In this document: piece by piece, positions 37,879-51,246 of the stretch
Position numbering within the stretch: position 1 is the stretch's first letter
Layout of the letters: the number at the start of each line of letters is the position of its first letter
Source of the DNA: Octopus vulgaris
Lineage: Eukaryota
Length of the DNA stretch: 64,000 bases
Assembly (NCBI GenBank): GCA_951406725.2
Contig: OX597824.1
Location: forward strand, 22,010,001-22,074,000
Direction: 5' to 3'
Translations under genes and position numbers: made by a program
Notes under the pieces: model-generated
What the model saw: the letters and a program-made list of their open reading frames with translations, nothing else
Told to the model about the DNA's origin: nothing
Database searches by the model: none

Positions 37879-39804
37879 ACAAGGAGAAAATTTAACTTAA
37901 CAAATGGTGATCACACCTGTTTACTAACAAGGAGTTACTGGAGATGCTGCAACTTCAGTGCACATCTGTACATGTCTAGTCCTCTACTCAGTGGAGATGG
38001 ACACACCAATTGTCAAGAGGTGGTAGGGGACAAACACAACGCACACACATATATGTAGATAAGTATATAATAGGTTTGTTTCGATTTCTGTCCATCAAAT
38101 TCACTCATTAGGCTTTAGTCAACTCAGGGCTATAGTAGAAGACATTTGCCCAAGGTACCATGCAATGGGACTGAACCCAAAGCTGTATGATTGAGGAACA
38201 AGCTTCTTAACCACACAATCTGTAGCTGTGTGGTTAAAATTTGAAAAACCATTTAGCTTCTATTGATGTGTTATCTAATTCCTGGCCAACCATGATAGCA
38301 TGGGCCTATAATTAAAGGTACTCTAGCTTTGACTACACTTATCTTTTCAGACTACATTGTCCATTATATCTTTTTCATTTTTCTTTTTTATTTTCATTCA
38401 GGATGATAGGATGTGATTTGAAACACATCATACTGCTATTTCTAGCAGATCAAGCAAAGAGAGAGAGAGAGAGAGAGAGAAAGTCCCTTATCTTGGCATA
38501 TGTAACAATGGAAAGAGCACGTAAAAACTGCTGAAAAATCAATCTCATTTTACGAATCACATTTCTACAAATGTATCTAGATAATTCCACTAATCCAAGT
38601 CTTAGGTCACCATATGGTAGGAACAAGATGAGAGTAAATTCCCGAAAGCAAAAAAAACGGCAAAAATGCAAAGTCCTTCCTGCATGATTATAGATATTAG
38701 CAACTAAACAACAATAAGAAAAGAAAAAAGAAAAGAAAAGAAAACAAAACAAACCAAAAAGAAAGCAGCAAACTAATGGAAAATCCCAAAGCAGTGAGAT
38801 GGTATTGTAAGATGTTATTTCCAATGGCTACGTTTTGGTTACTAAGAAGAAATAAGTGGTATATTGCAAGGAAAGACGGCAGCGGTAGGATAAATAAAAT
38901 AGCATTGGTTGGAAGAGAGAGAGGAAAAGTTCATATTTATTTAAAAAGTACAACATATTTTAGATCTTTGTAAGAACAGGGAATCACAAATGCTGTATGT
39001 AGATATATATACATACATACGTACATATACATACATGTACATAAACACACACACACTTGCATATACGTACATATACACACAACACATACATATATATATT
39101 TATATATACATACATATATAAATATATACAGACATACATAAATACATTATATATACATACATTTATAAATATACATATATAAACATATGTACATGCATAG
39201 ATATATACAAACATACATACATAAAAGACAGACAGAGGTAACATTTCTAGATTTTTTACTTCTATATTGATCTTCACTGCGAGTATAGGAAAAGATTAAT
39301 CAGATATTCATGTATTTTATATACATTTAATTCCCATTTATACATCATATGATTGTCTTCAGGCACCAAATTTGGAAAATATTCTCTCAACAGGTCATCA
39401 TATTGGCAATTTTAAAATTCTTTTTTTAAAAAAAAAAATTTTATCCATCTCCTCAGCGGTTTTATTCTGATAAGGCATCTGAGAAATATGGAACTATTCT
39501 TAAACATTGTCTAGATATTAAATCAAAGAAAAGAAAGAGACCCAGAAGTAGTGGGGGTGGAAGAATTGGTAAGTGTAAAAGAAATCAGCTTAGTTTTATA
39601 TGGAAAGCATTTTGTTTCCGGCACACACTAGGGTGGATTTTCCGATTCCTATAAACTTTAAAAAACCAAAAACAAAAACAAAAAAAAAACCCCCACAAAC
39701 ATCGTATGCAAGTAGGTAAAATATATGTTTGGGTAATACATCATTTTGTCAATACTTAAGCATTTTATTTGTCTGAAACATGAAGATAAGAAATACAAAT
39801 ACAC

Positions 39805-40210
<406 letters not shown>

Positions 40211-40859
40211 CAATACCAAAACCAAAAAAAAAAACCATCGTGGGACATTATGGCAGCAACATACTAAAATGTCATAAACAACTGATACAAAACAAACACT
40301 TTCCATTTCAATATTTTTCCATTGGCTTGTTGGCTTCTGAAAGTACAGATTATTTTTATGGATAGAATTACAGCTAATAAATAAATACATAGATAAATAA
40401 ATAAATATATAAGCTTCGGAAACAACAAGCTGCCAGAAACATCAGATAGTGTAATCTATTTAGAAATACCTTCTAAGTTAAAATTGCCAGACATTCCATA
40501 AAAGTTTATGTATGGTGCTAAACATATTTGAACTCTCTGAAACCGAGTACAGTTTGTACAAGTGAAGTGTTTCAATATCAGTTGGTTACAATTTTTTCAA
40601 TGTATTTAAAGCAGTATTTACCTACGTCCCCCCTGAATAGCTTTCCGAAATAATTATACAATAACATAGCTATTATTATTACTATTATTATTATTATATT
40701 AATAATAATAATAATAGTCGTTGTCGTCGTCGTCGTCATTGTTATCACTACAGTTGCCTTTACTGCTTCCGATACTAGCACCACCAACCGGTAGAACAAA
40801 CAACATTTACACAAACGCTTATCCAATATTGATTGCTTCATGGTGTAAAGCCTAAAGTC

Positions 40860-41070
40860 CTCCACTCCCATTTAACTACCTCATATCAAATTTTCCTTGG
40901 TCTAATGCTTCTCTTCTAATTTTCACACTTTTTCACATCACATGTCCACAACGGTGTAATTATCACTCGACTGCATACAATGCTTCTAATATCGATCATT
41001 TGGTCAACTCATTCACATGCAATCTAAATCTTAAGTTCACACAGCATATCCAATAAATCATATTTGGATC
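40860..41070 (-). pseudogene. Highly decayed RTE-clade LINE C-terminal fragment
   Basis: Minus-strand remnants NMIYWICCV, RCGHVM and RPRKI*YEVVK appear in the order of the RTE motifs MLRWMCGV, RWYGHV and GRPRKTW. Confidence 0.5.
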
Positions 41071-41447
41071 ATTTATCTACCTTCCCTGCTCTTACAATGT
41101 AGCACTTATAACAACATCATAAGGGCAAAAGTTCACCAAACTAATACAGTCACCTAGAACCAGCAAAGGTGTTTACCTACTTCCAAATAGCAATAAATTT
41201 CACAACAAATTCCCTAAAACTGGAAACTACATACTTGGTTTCAGACCTGATACAGAATTCCTATCAATAAAGACAGCCTACTCTCAGCAAGAACAAGGGC
41301 GAGACAATGAAGACCATTTTACATTTGATAAGGCTGTGACAAAGTACTATAATGACCCATGACCCCAGTGCAAAGTTCATGCTACCAATGGTGATTGCCT
41401 TTCATCATCATCACCATCACCATCATCATCAGCAGCAGCAGCAGAAA

Positions 41448-41830
41448 GTGGAGGCGCAATGGCCCAGTGGTTAGGGCAGCGGACTCATGGTCGGAGGATC
41501 GTGGTTTTGATTCCCACACCAGGCGTTGTGTGTGTTTATTGAGCGAAAACACCTAAAGCTCCGCGAGGCTCTGGTAGGGGGTGGGGGTGGCGACCCCTGT
41601 TGTACTCTTTCGCTCCAACTTTCTCTCACTCTTTCTTCCTGTTTCTTGTCTCCGACTTCCTACACAACTGCTGACCCTGGATGTGCATTCATCCATCCGT
41701 CGATGCTCTCGGTGTCAGGGGTTGACCTGCTTTCGCTTCTGCAGGTCTTATGAATAGCAAAGGACCATGTTTTGGACTTCTCCTATCTTGCGAGCTCTGG
41801 GATGAAGACCGTTCGCTCAACAGCAACAGC
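41448..41830 (+). mobile_element. SINE family C with an alternative tail
   Basis: Same head and body as 34833, followed by a different 3' ~180 bp ending in CAA/CAG repeats. Confidence 0.8.
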
Positions 41831-42519
41831 ATCAGCTCCTTTCCAAATAGGCTACCATGGGTTTTATAACTAACTTTTACCTGTTTTCAGTGCCACATGT
41901 ACACTTAAGTCCTTATTGCTTTGTTTTATCTATTATAAGGTTCTTAATACTCCATTCTAGTTTCAGCATTGCATTTTCTGATAATATATGGTTGGCCTTT
42001 TTCATTCTTGGTCAATGGTAATATACATTGCAGAAACAGTAACTTAGCCCCTTTTACAGTGTATAAGCTGTTTCAAGAAGCAAGTGCCTAACCTCAGGTA
42101 CACCTACCACCTCTCCACTTATGGGTAAGCTATGAAGGAAAGACAAGTCAATACATTCCCAACATTTATGGAGCTGCAGGGGATGCCAGGTATTGGTTAA
42201 TTAAAACTGTACATATTTGCCTTGGAGTCCCTGCCTCTAGATTTTCTGCAGAGGCTTACTCCCTTAGCCTTTTTAAATACTCACTAAATTACTCCACAAG
42301 GCAGTATGCACATGTTATCATTTGGTCCTTCAAACTTGTGTTGATCTAGTGCAACAAGTACCATGGGTCTAGTAGTTATCAAGATGCAGGATTTGTATGG
42401 GGCTACATTCTTTTAGATGAGCAACTAAATATATTGAGACTTAAAGAAATGCACCACTACCACCATAAACTAAATTAACATTATTCTAGATATTATACTA
42501 TAGGGTGGCAAGCTGACAG

Positions 42520-42972
42520 AAGGCGGTGAGCTGGCAGAAACGTTAGCACGCCGGGCGAAATGCTTAGCGGTATTTCGTCTGCCACTATGTTCTGAGTTCA
42601 AATTCCACCAAGGTCAACTTTGCCGTTTATCCTTTTGGGGTTGATAAATTAAGTACCAGTTATGCACTGGGGTTGATATAATCGACTTAATCCCTTTGTC
42701 TGTCCTTGTTTGTCCCCTCTATGTTTAGCCCCTTGTGGGCAAGAAAGAAATAAGAATTGTTAGCATGTTGGGTGAAATGCTTAGCCATATTTTGTCTGCC
42801 ATGACATTCTCAGTTCAAATTCCACCGAGGTTGACTTTGTCTTTCATCCTTTCGGGGTTGATTAAATAAGTACCAGTTATGCACTGGGGCCAATGTAATC
42901 GACTTAATCTCTTTATCTGTCCTTGTTTGTCCTCTCTATGTTTAGCCTCCCTGTGGGCAATAAAGAAATAAA
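42520..42972 (+). mobile_element. Two tandem SINE family B copies
   Basis: AAGGCGGTGAGCTGGCAGAAACGTTAGC head and AAAGAAATAA tail, repeated at 42757-42972. Confidence 0.85.
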
Positions 42973-43584
42973 TATTATTCTAGATATAATCTCCAACAAA
43001 GACTTGAAACTGTCCTGTACTAAGTATAGTAAAAGTCAAGTTAGGCAGCATAAAACAACATCTCTTGAAATCTTACATGTCAATTTCAAGAATAAGAATG
43101 TAAAGAACTGTTAGTTCTGAGAAAAGGTCAACAGAAATCTAAATTTAGAATTTATCAAAATATTTTTAGAGCTTGTTGCAGTTAGAGAAAATTGAAAGGT
43201 TATATTATTTTTTATCGAAATAGATATGAAGATCAAGGATTGATTCTTTGTATTCCTGCAAGGAATTTTAACTAAACGACACAAAAATAAACTAATTTTT
43301 AACTTACTAAATTTGGTTTGTATTGATCTGGTGAAAATAAGAGGTTTATTTTAAAAGATGAGCTGATAATATTTTACCATAAGATTTAATCATCTGTTTT
43401 CTACATTAGGGAAAAAAAACTATCTAAAGAATTCTAAACAATGGTTACTAATCAAATTGGGTTATACAAGTACACAGGAGTTTTAATTAACAAAAAATAA
43501 ACTGGAAGCAAAATGAATAACAAGATATAAAGATTTCTCATAACAGCAGTCTGAATTAAAATAAAAAATTGTTAATGAAAAAAA

Positions 43585-43960
43585 ATCATCATCATCGTTG
43601 TCATTTTAATACCCCTTTTTTATGGACCATGGGTTTGATGGGTTTGCCATGAAACATATCAGTTCATATCTTGTTTTTTTTTTTTTGTTATTTTTTAATT
43701 TTTTTTTGTGAAGCTCATCCTAAGATCTAACTGTACAACTCATTTTTTCTTGATCTTTCTCTTCCACAAACATTTCACCTCCAACAACACGTGGCACTTT
43801 TGAACTGGAACTTATTCCATTCACCTCTCATGTCCAAACCAGCACCTAGCCATTTCTTCTGCATACTAGCTACTCTCTCAGCTCACTTGGACTCTATCTT
43901 TTTCACAGTTTAACCATACACTATGTAATAAGTCATATTTGCTTAACCATCTAAGTCATA
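43585..43960 (-). pseudogene. Decayed RTE-clade LINE 3' end
   Basis: Minus-strand RCWFGHER*M and GRERSRK remnants lie upstream of a (GAT)n tail. Confidence 0.5.
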
Positions 43961-44108
43961 TTCATTTCATTTCTCTCAATCTTCCTCGATTTTTTTTTTA
44001 CAATCAATGCTCCTACCCACGCAGTATAGTTATATAACACTCCTCATATATATTGTTCACTCTACATTTTGTATAAATGCCTTTGTATAAATGTGAGGGA
44101 TGCCTTAA

Positions 44109-44325
44109 CCCTTTAGCAGGTTTCTCTGTTAAATGTAATGCTTATTTATTCACATTATTTCGAATGAATCATACATTATTTTGAAGCAAAGACATTTTCA
44201 TGATGTGATTGCTTAGTTCTAGAAAGACATTGTATGATAAGGTGTGAGAGGCCAGATTTAGTCTGTTTTAACATAAAACTGGTAGAAAATTTAGGCCGGA
44301 TATGATCAGGTTCAATGCTATAGGG
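44109..44325. mobile_element. piggyBac-type MITE
   Basis: TTAA-CCCTTTAGCA...TGCTATAGGG-TTAA; reverse relative of 58728-58948. Confidence 0.85.
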
Positions 44326-44529
44326 TTAACAGCCAACTGACACAATGATTACTTTTTCAGCTTATTGAGCTTTGATATGGGAAAAATTTACAACCTTCTA
44401 CACCAACAAACCACTGTTGTTCCTGAGAATTATTTTTTATACCATCTATGGACTGCTTGAGGCTTACAAACTTCCTAAACCTGGATCATTGGATCTCACT
44501 TTTACATATATATATATCATCATTATTAT

Positions 44530-44680
44530 CATCATCATCGTGTAACATCAGCTTTCCATGCTAGCATGGGTTGGATGATTTAACTGAGGTCTGGAGAACC
44601 AGATGGCTGCACCAAGCTCCAATCTTCATCTGGCAGAGTTTCTACAGCTGGATGTCCTTCCTAATGCCAACCACACAGAG
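44530..44680 (-). mobile_element. Family D 3' fragment
   Basis: (CAT)n, CCATGCTAGCATGG and CTACAGCTGGATG. Confidence 0.75.
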
Positions 44681-46559
44681 ATAATTATAGTTATCTCACT
44701 TGAAATGCGGCATCAGTTGCCCTAGATTCTGCTTCAAATTTGGATGTGTATCATCACCATCATATTCAAGCTAAACCTAACATAATTATAACTCAGTTAC
44801 ACTGGAAACTTGTTCCAATAGATTGAGGTTCCTATCTTTATATTCTTTCCTCTGTGTCTTTCCACTTGTAGAAAATGACAAATTCTGCTACTGTGTAGTT
44901 GTTAGGAATAACACCTTACCTGCACCAAGATTTAATCTAGAATGGAATCATAGTAAGAATATACTACAATTAAAAATAAACATCCTTTTCAAAATATATA
45001 AATTTAATTTAAAATAAACACGAGATATATATTTTTCTAAATTTCTGATTAAAAGAAAATTATAGTATTTTATTTTCTTAATCAGAAAAAGAAACTGATC
45101 TAAAAATCTTGCAGCAAAAAAAAAAACACAAAAAAAAACCAAACAACATTAAAAAGTGAGACTGTTAATCCTGTTAGCATAAAGGATCTTACACTCCATT
45201 TCCCTGTCATATTAGATTGTACTCTTTAACAATATAATCCCTTTAGCTTATTCATTTCTGGTTTTAATCTAAAAAAAAGACATAAATAAAAACAGCAAAG
45301 CCATTTATTAAAAGTTAACCTTTTTAGTTTAAGTGCACATACTATCTGTATGATATAGGCAACAATAATACTTTAAAACTCCACTGTTTACACATTTATT
45401 TACGAGATGAGATTAGATTTTGTGTGAGTGACTATTGAGTACAGAATAGAATATAAGTAAATATATATATATACTGACATGCATGCATTTATTTTTGATG
45501 GGAATTTTAATTTAAAATCATGTTTTGAAACAAATATTGTTGTGCTGTAAATGGCCAAAAGAATTTTATCTTTGATACTACACTGTAGAATGGTGAGATG
45601 ATGAGAGCAACAGAAATTGATAAATACATTATCGAAGAAGCAACAAACTTTAAAAAGCAACTAAATACTCAAAACGAACTGTTAAATAAGTTTTATTTTA
45701 GAAAGAGAGAGAGGTGAGAAAGGATATGGTTTCTCAGTTATAAAACTAGAATATATTTAAAAACAGGAATCTATTCATAAAATAGACAAACAGATACTGA
45801 AAGTAATTGTAAAGCTAGTATAGAATGAATGAACAGTTGCTAAACTCTTTTCTAGAATTGTGTTCTGTGGTAGAATATTTCTTCAAAAAACAGATACTGT
45901 GGAATAGATTTCAGTTCCCAGCAGCTTTTAACGTGATATAAGTGTAAAATTAAATGCATGCAAGGAGTGACTCACAGCAACTGTTGTTCGTCTGTATATA
46001 GGAGAAAATTCCAAAGTCGCTACCAGAAATGAATGCTCGTTTAAAACTCCTTTCACATCTTCAAAAAAATATACTGATTTACCACTTCTTTTATCATTAA
46101 TGCTATAAAGCTTTATGGAAGGCAAGCTAGAGTTTCATTGCACTCTCACGCTTCACTTGTCTCTTGTTGAAATATCACAAAACACTAAGCCTTTCTCTCC
46201 ACTTCTGAAATTATTTTTGTTTCATCTGTGAAAATAGTTTTTTTTTTCATCTTTTTTTGCGTGTGTGTGTGTACGTGTGTATTTTTTTTTATTTGATGGA
46301 GGTGTTGGTTGTGATTTTCTATGTCTTTCCTGTAAATCTAGCAGTGTAGATAGATCAATAATGCTGAATTATACAATTCTTAACAAATGATAAAGGATCT
46401 TTACATTCTTACGATGCCTGAAGCCAGAAACTTAACTTGAGATATATTTAAAGAGTCATTTCTCTTTCTCAGCAAAACAGAACAAACGGAAAAAAAATTA
46501 TTTCTTAAACTTGATCTCTTGATATAATTTGTGTTTGTGCGGTATATATAAATATATGA

Positions 46560-46808
46560 ATATGTGTGTATACATATATATACATATACATGCATATTTA
46601 TACATATATACACACATATATGCATATATGTAGATATATATATGCATATATATACATGTGTATATGCATATATATACATATGTATATGCATCTATATGCA
46701 TATATATACATATGTATATGCATCTATATGCATATATATACATATGTATATGCATATACATATACATACATGCATATATATATATATATATACATATACA
46801 TACATGCG

Positions 46809-46840
<32 letters not shown>

Positions 46841-47205
46841 TATACATATATATACACACATCATCATCATCATCATCGTTTAGCGTCCGTTTTCCATGCT
46901 AGCATGGGTTGGACACACATATATATAAATATATATACATACATACGTACACAATTACGTATATATATATATATATATATACATACACAATTATTTATAT
47001 ACATATATATATATATACACTTGCATATAAATATACATGTATGTATATACATATATATATATATATATACATATATATACATACATATATATATATATAC
47101 ATACATATACATATATATATGCATACATACATATACATATATACATATACATACATACATATACATACATACATACATATACATACATACATATATACAT
47201 ACATA
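46560..47205. repeat. (TA)n/(TACA)n/(TATGCA)n compound microsatellite
   Basis: Direct reading; contains a ~50-bp family D insertion at 46862-46912. Confidence 0.9.
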
Positions 47206-47283
47206 CGAGCGTTATACTAATACATCTGCTTGTTTTATATACCACCTGTCTTCGTTTTTTGTTTTTTTCGTGAACTCTCTACA

Positions 47284-47314
<31 letters not shown>

Positions 47315-47369
47315 AATACATACATATAAATAAATAGAGTTAAATGTAGGTGTTATTCAAATTCTTTTA

Positions 47370-47456
47370 CTTCCGATACATGTTTCGAAGATATCACTGG
47401 TATTATTCCAAAGGAATAAAATGGTGTAAAACAATGTAATCTTCTCATCAGGGAAA
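47370..47456 (-). ncRNA. Type I hammerhead ribozyme (Penelope-like pLTR)
   Basis: Minus strand reads UUUCC-CUGAUGA-GAAGA...UCUUC-GAAACAUGUAUC-GGAAG. Homologous to 23412-23493 with stem I changes that preserve pairing. Confidence 0.75.
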
Positions 47457-47658
47457 TGAAGAAATGAAACTTGCCAATAAGACATTTTAACAGAAAATGA
47501 TGGATATGTATAGTGATTAACTGAATGCTATTAAGCTTTTTTTAAAAAAATATTAGAGGATATAATATCAAAGGTAGCCTATAGAAAGAGGAGGGATAAA
47601 GGAAAGAAAAAAACATATAAATGAGAAGTATATAACGATATGTAAATTAAATAAAACC

Positions 47659-47913
47659 CTAAAATCTTGTGAAAAAGATATATCCAGTGAATGTGGAATG
47701 TAAGAAGAAAATTAATGTGTAAATTATATATAATGATAGATATCGCTTATATGAACTAAAGGTGTGTTTCTGCCAATGTTTACATTGGTATGCATGTTCT
47801 ATAACCATGTTTAAAAGGGGAATTTTAGAAAAAAGAATAAAAAGTAGTTCAGAATTACAGAGAAGACAGAATTCCTGGCCTTTATCATAAGGTATCAAAA
47901 CTGAGAGAATCTT
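47659..47913 (-). pseudogene. Penelope-like element (Naiad-type) GIY-YIG endonuclease C-terminal remnant, 5'-truncated
   Basis: KILSVLIPYDKGQEFCLLCNSELLFILFSKIPLLNMVIEHAYQCKHWQK fits the PY..CxLC..E...I...LLN...E...CxH..K pattern. It is followed by a 3' region containing a hammerhead and ending in (TA)n. Confidence 0.7.
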
Positions 47914-48118
47914 TGTTTCATTTCCTTTTGAAAATAATGAAGCTTTTAGTAAAATAATTTTGTCATTATTATGCTGGTGTTCAAGATGGTAAAGTGGTAG
48001 TATTGCATTTCATCCGTCTTTGTATTCCAGGTTCAAATCCTGCTGAGACTGGTTCTGCCTTCCAGGGCTGATGAGATAAGTACCAGTTAAGCATTGGGGT
48101 CAATGTAATTGACTAGCT

Positions 48119-48510
48119 CATCATCGTTTAGCATCCGCTTTCCATGCTAGCATGGGTTGGACGGTTCAACTGGGGTCTGGAAAACAAGAAGGCTGCACCA
48201 GGCCCAGTCTGATCTGGCAATGTTTCTACGGCTGGATGCCCTTCCTAACGCCAACCACTCCGTGAGTGTAGTGGGTGCTTTTTATGTGCCAGATGAGGCT
48301 GGCAAATGGCCACGATCGGATGGTGCTTTTTATGTGCCACTGGCACGGGGGCCAGGTGAGGCTGGCAATGGCCACGATCAGATGGTGCTTTTTATGTGCC
48401 ACCGGCACGATGCCAGTCAGGGCGGCGCTGGCAACAGCCATGTTCGGATGGTTCTCTTACGTACCACCGGCACTGGTATCACAGCTGCAATTTCCATTGA
48501 TGTTGATCGA
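48119..48510 (-). mobile_element. Family D retroposon inserted in a family B SINE
   Basis: Family B sequence lies on both sides (47985-48117 and 48520-48550). Confidence 0.8.
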
Positions 48511-48649
48511 TTTTGATTTTAGGCCTTGTGCCTATATAGTAAAAAGGATTATTATGCTAGTATTTGGAACATAGATTCACACGGAATTTTGAAGGGAACT
48601 TTTAAGTTACATCACTTTGAAACTCTGAACATGAACTCTACACCTCAAA

Positions 48650-48950
48650 AGCAAATGACTATGGCTTCAGCATCCATGTAATCCATGGACAACCATCAGA
48701 CGTGTGATCAGCGGTGAACTGAATGGTTGGGGCTGGCTCAAGAGGACTATGGCTACAATGTCCACATCATCCACAGCTGACTGTCAGATGTGATCAGCAT
48801 TTGCAAGGGACACGGTGAACTCAGTGATTGGAGGTGGCTCAAGATGACAATGGCAAAAGCATCCACATCATCTGCAACCAACCAGCAGATGTGGTCAGCA
48901 TTTGTGATTGTGATGGATGTGGTGAACTCGTTGGTCAGATCTGGCTCGAC
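48650..48950. repeat. Degenerate triplication of a ~90-100-bp unit
   Basis: GACWATGGC...TCCA...CAGAYGTG...TCAGC...GGTGAACT occurs three times. Confidence 0.7.
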
Positions 48951-49521
48951 CCACCCCGGGGAGAATGCTCCTGCACAAGTACAAGTAACTAAATAGTACT
49001 TTAAAACCGGAAGCTCGTACTACAGGATCAAGGGCAATATCAGGCAGATCGTTTATATCAAAAGAGTTAATACAACCAAACACAAACCCACTCTCCCCAA
49101 CCCCACCACCACCACCACCACACACACACACATGCAATATATAAGCTCATCTACAACCAGAAATACTAATCAAATCTCTTCTAACCTTGTGTTACTTTAT
49201 CTAAACCAGGTAATAAAATTTATACAATGAATATTCACAATCATATTTTCCATTAATATCTTAAATGCTGAAAGGATAAAAAGGAATGGTATTTACATCT
49301 GTTTGTTGGTTATAATAATAACTACAATGTGTATTCAGCATTTATCACATGGTCTTTCTTATTCCATGCATTCTTCCATTTTTCCTTTCTTGATGGCTTT
49401 TTTTTTTTTTTTTTCTTTTTTGTCAGTATTTTCGTTTCTTTGATGGAATGTTTTTATAAATATTTACATTGTTTGATTATTCTGTTCTGTTCTGTTCCGT
49501 TTCTATTCTGTTCTACTCTCT

Positions 49522-49565
<44 letters not shown>

Positions 49566-51082
49566 CTCTCTTTTGTTTCTCCTTTTCTCTTTCGCAAGTT
49601 CAATTCCCAACAGAATCATCGAAATAACTTACAAGGGTCAGAATGCAGCAGATGTAAAAATTCATGAAAAGCATTAAAAAAAAAATGGAAAAGAAAAAAA
49701 CCCTCAACCAACCAAAACAAACAAAGACACAAACCAAATTTAGAGAAATGATCACATCAACACATTAAAAAAAACAACTAACAAACAATAAATTAATACA
49801 GTTACAACAGCGATGATGATGGTGATGATGGTAGTGTTGAAGGTGGGGGGACCTTGCCATTTTAAAGTGAGCATAATTTCTGTTCATTATCTGACATCCT
49901 TTAATTAATTAGATTTGCATATTCATTTTAGATCTAGTTTCATTTTTTTAGATTTGCATATTGATGCTTTAATAGTCTCCAACAAACACAGCACTTTCTC
50001 TTTTTGCTGTTGTTGTTGTTGTTGTCGTTATTGTTATTTAATTATTAATAAAACCTTATGTATCTTGAAATTATGGTTTAATGATTTTTCACACAACGCC
50101 ATTTACTGCCTCACCATTATTTCAAAGTTCTTCCTTAATTTGTACATATTTTTCAGTGAATGGTTTATAGTAATAGATAGACATATTGAGAACTAATAGT
50201 ATAGCATGTGTGTATGTGTGTGTGTGTGTGTGGAGGGGACAAGTTATGAAATTTTCTATTGAAATTCAAACTTCCTTTGTAGCTATAATTCCAACTTCCT
50301 TTTATGCTAACTATAAAAATTGACCAAAAAAAAAGAAAAAAAAACAAAAAACAAAGAAAAAATACAAAAACCAACATTTCTATTAACAATTCTAGGAAAC
50401 TTCAAAACTAAAATTTTAAATAAAATTTTAGAAATAATTTGATAAAATTAGTAATAAAGTTTAAAGCCAATGACATTGCTGTTCTCTCGCAATCCATAGA
50501 AATGCCGACTTCCACATAATTTTTATTAAGTAGATTCAAAATTCTCTGAAACATTTTAGAAATTGTAACTAGTCACAAACAGAGATGGAGATAAAGAATA
50601 ATTATCAACATCATCATTGTTTTAATGTCCATTTTTCCATGTTTGCATGGTTCGCATGGAATTTGTTGAGGTAGATTGGCAGATTTTTTTTCCACGACTG
50701 GATACCTTTCCTGTTGCTAACCTTCATCTGTTTCCAAGTGAGGCAATATTTCCCCATGACCAGACACCACTACAAACTTATGAAATGCTCCAAACTGCTT
50801 ATGAATTAACTCGTATAAGCTGGGCATCTGTTTTATGCTGGCACAGGGGGTTTAAGGATGGTAGAGAGGAGGAGAGATGATGAGAGTTGTAGGAGAGAGA
50901 AAAATGTCAGGGCATCAAAGCTGGTTGAGAAAATTCAAAATTTTCTGGACCTTATGCATCTATAAAGACAATAAACATAGTTTGAAGTTGGTGGGGCTAC
51001 TATACACAGAATTATTCATGAAAGACTGAACATGTGTAAAGTTTGTGCAAAATTTGTTCCTGGGGTGTATACACATATGTAT

Positions 51083-51246
51083 ACACAAGTCTGGCTTCTT
51101 TCAGTTTCTGTCTTCCAAATCCACTCACGATGCTTTGGTGAGCCTCGGGCTATAATACAAGACACTTGCCCAAGGTTTCACGCAGTGGGACTGAGCCTGG
51201 AACCATTTAATTAGGAAGCAAATTTCTTACCACACAGCCACGCCCG
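51083..51246 (-). mobile_element. SINE family A, 5' half
   Basis: Head plus CORE-like domain. Confidence 0.75.

Noticed and set aside
45976-46126. Possible minus-strand coding exon (…KSVYFFEDVKGVLNEHSF…) with a GTGAGT donor
   Set aside because: The nearest acceptor lacks a pyrimidine tract, the stronger upstream acceptor puts stops in all frames, and the peptide is not recognised.
47457-47913. Selenoprotein-type Naiad (in-frame TGA plus SECIS)
   Set aside because: No in-frame TGA in the surviving coding remnant, and I saw no convincing AUGA/AA/GA SECIS in the UTR.
48068-48074. Additional CTGATGA motif
   Set aside because: A mutated position within SINE family B, with no GAAA core or stems.
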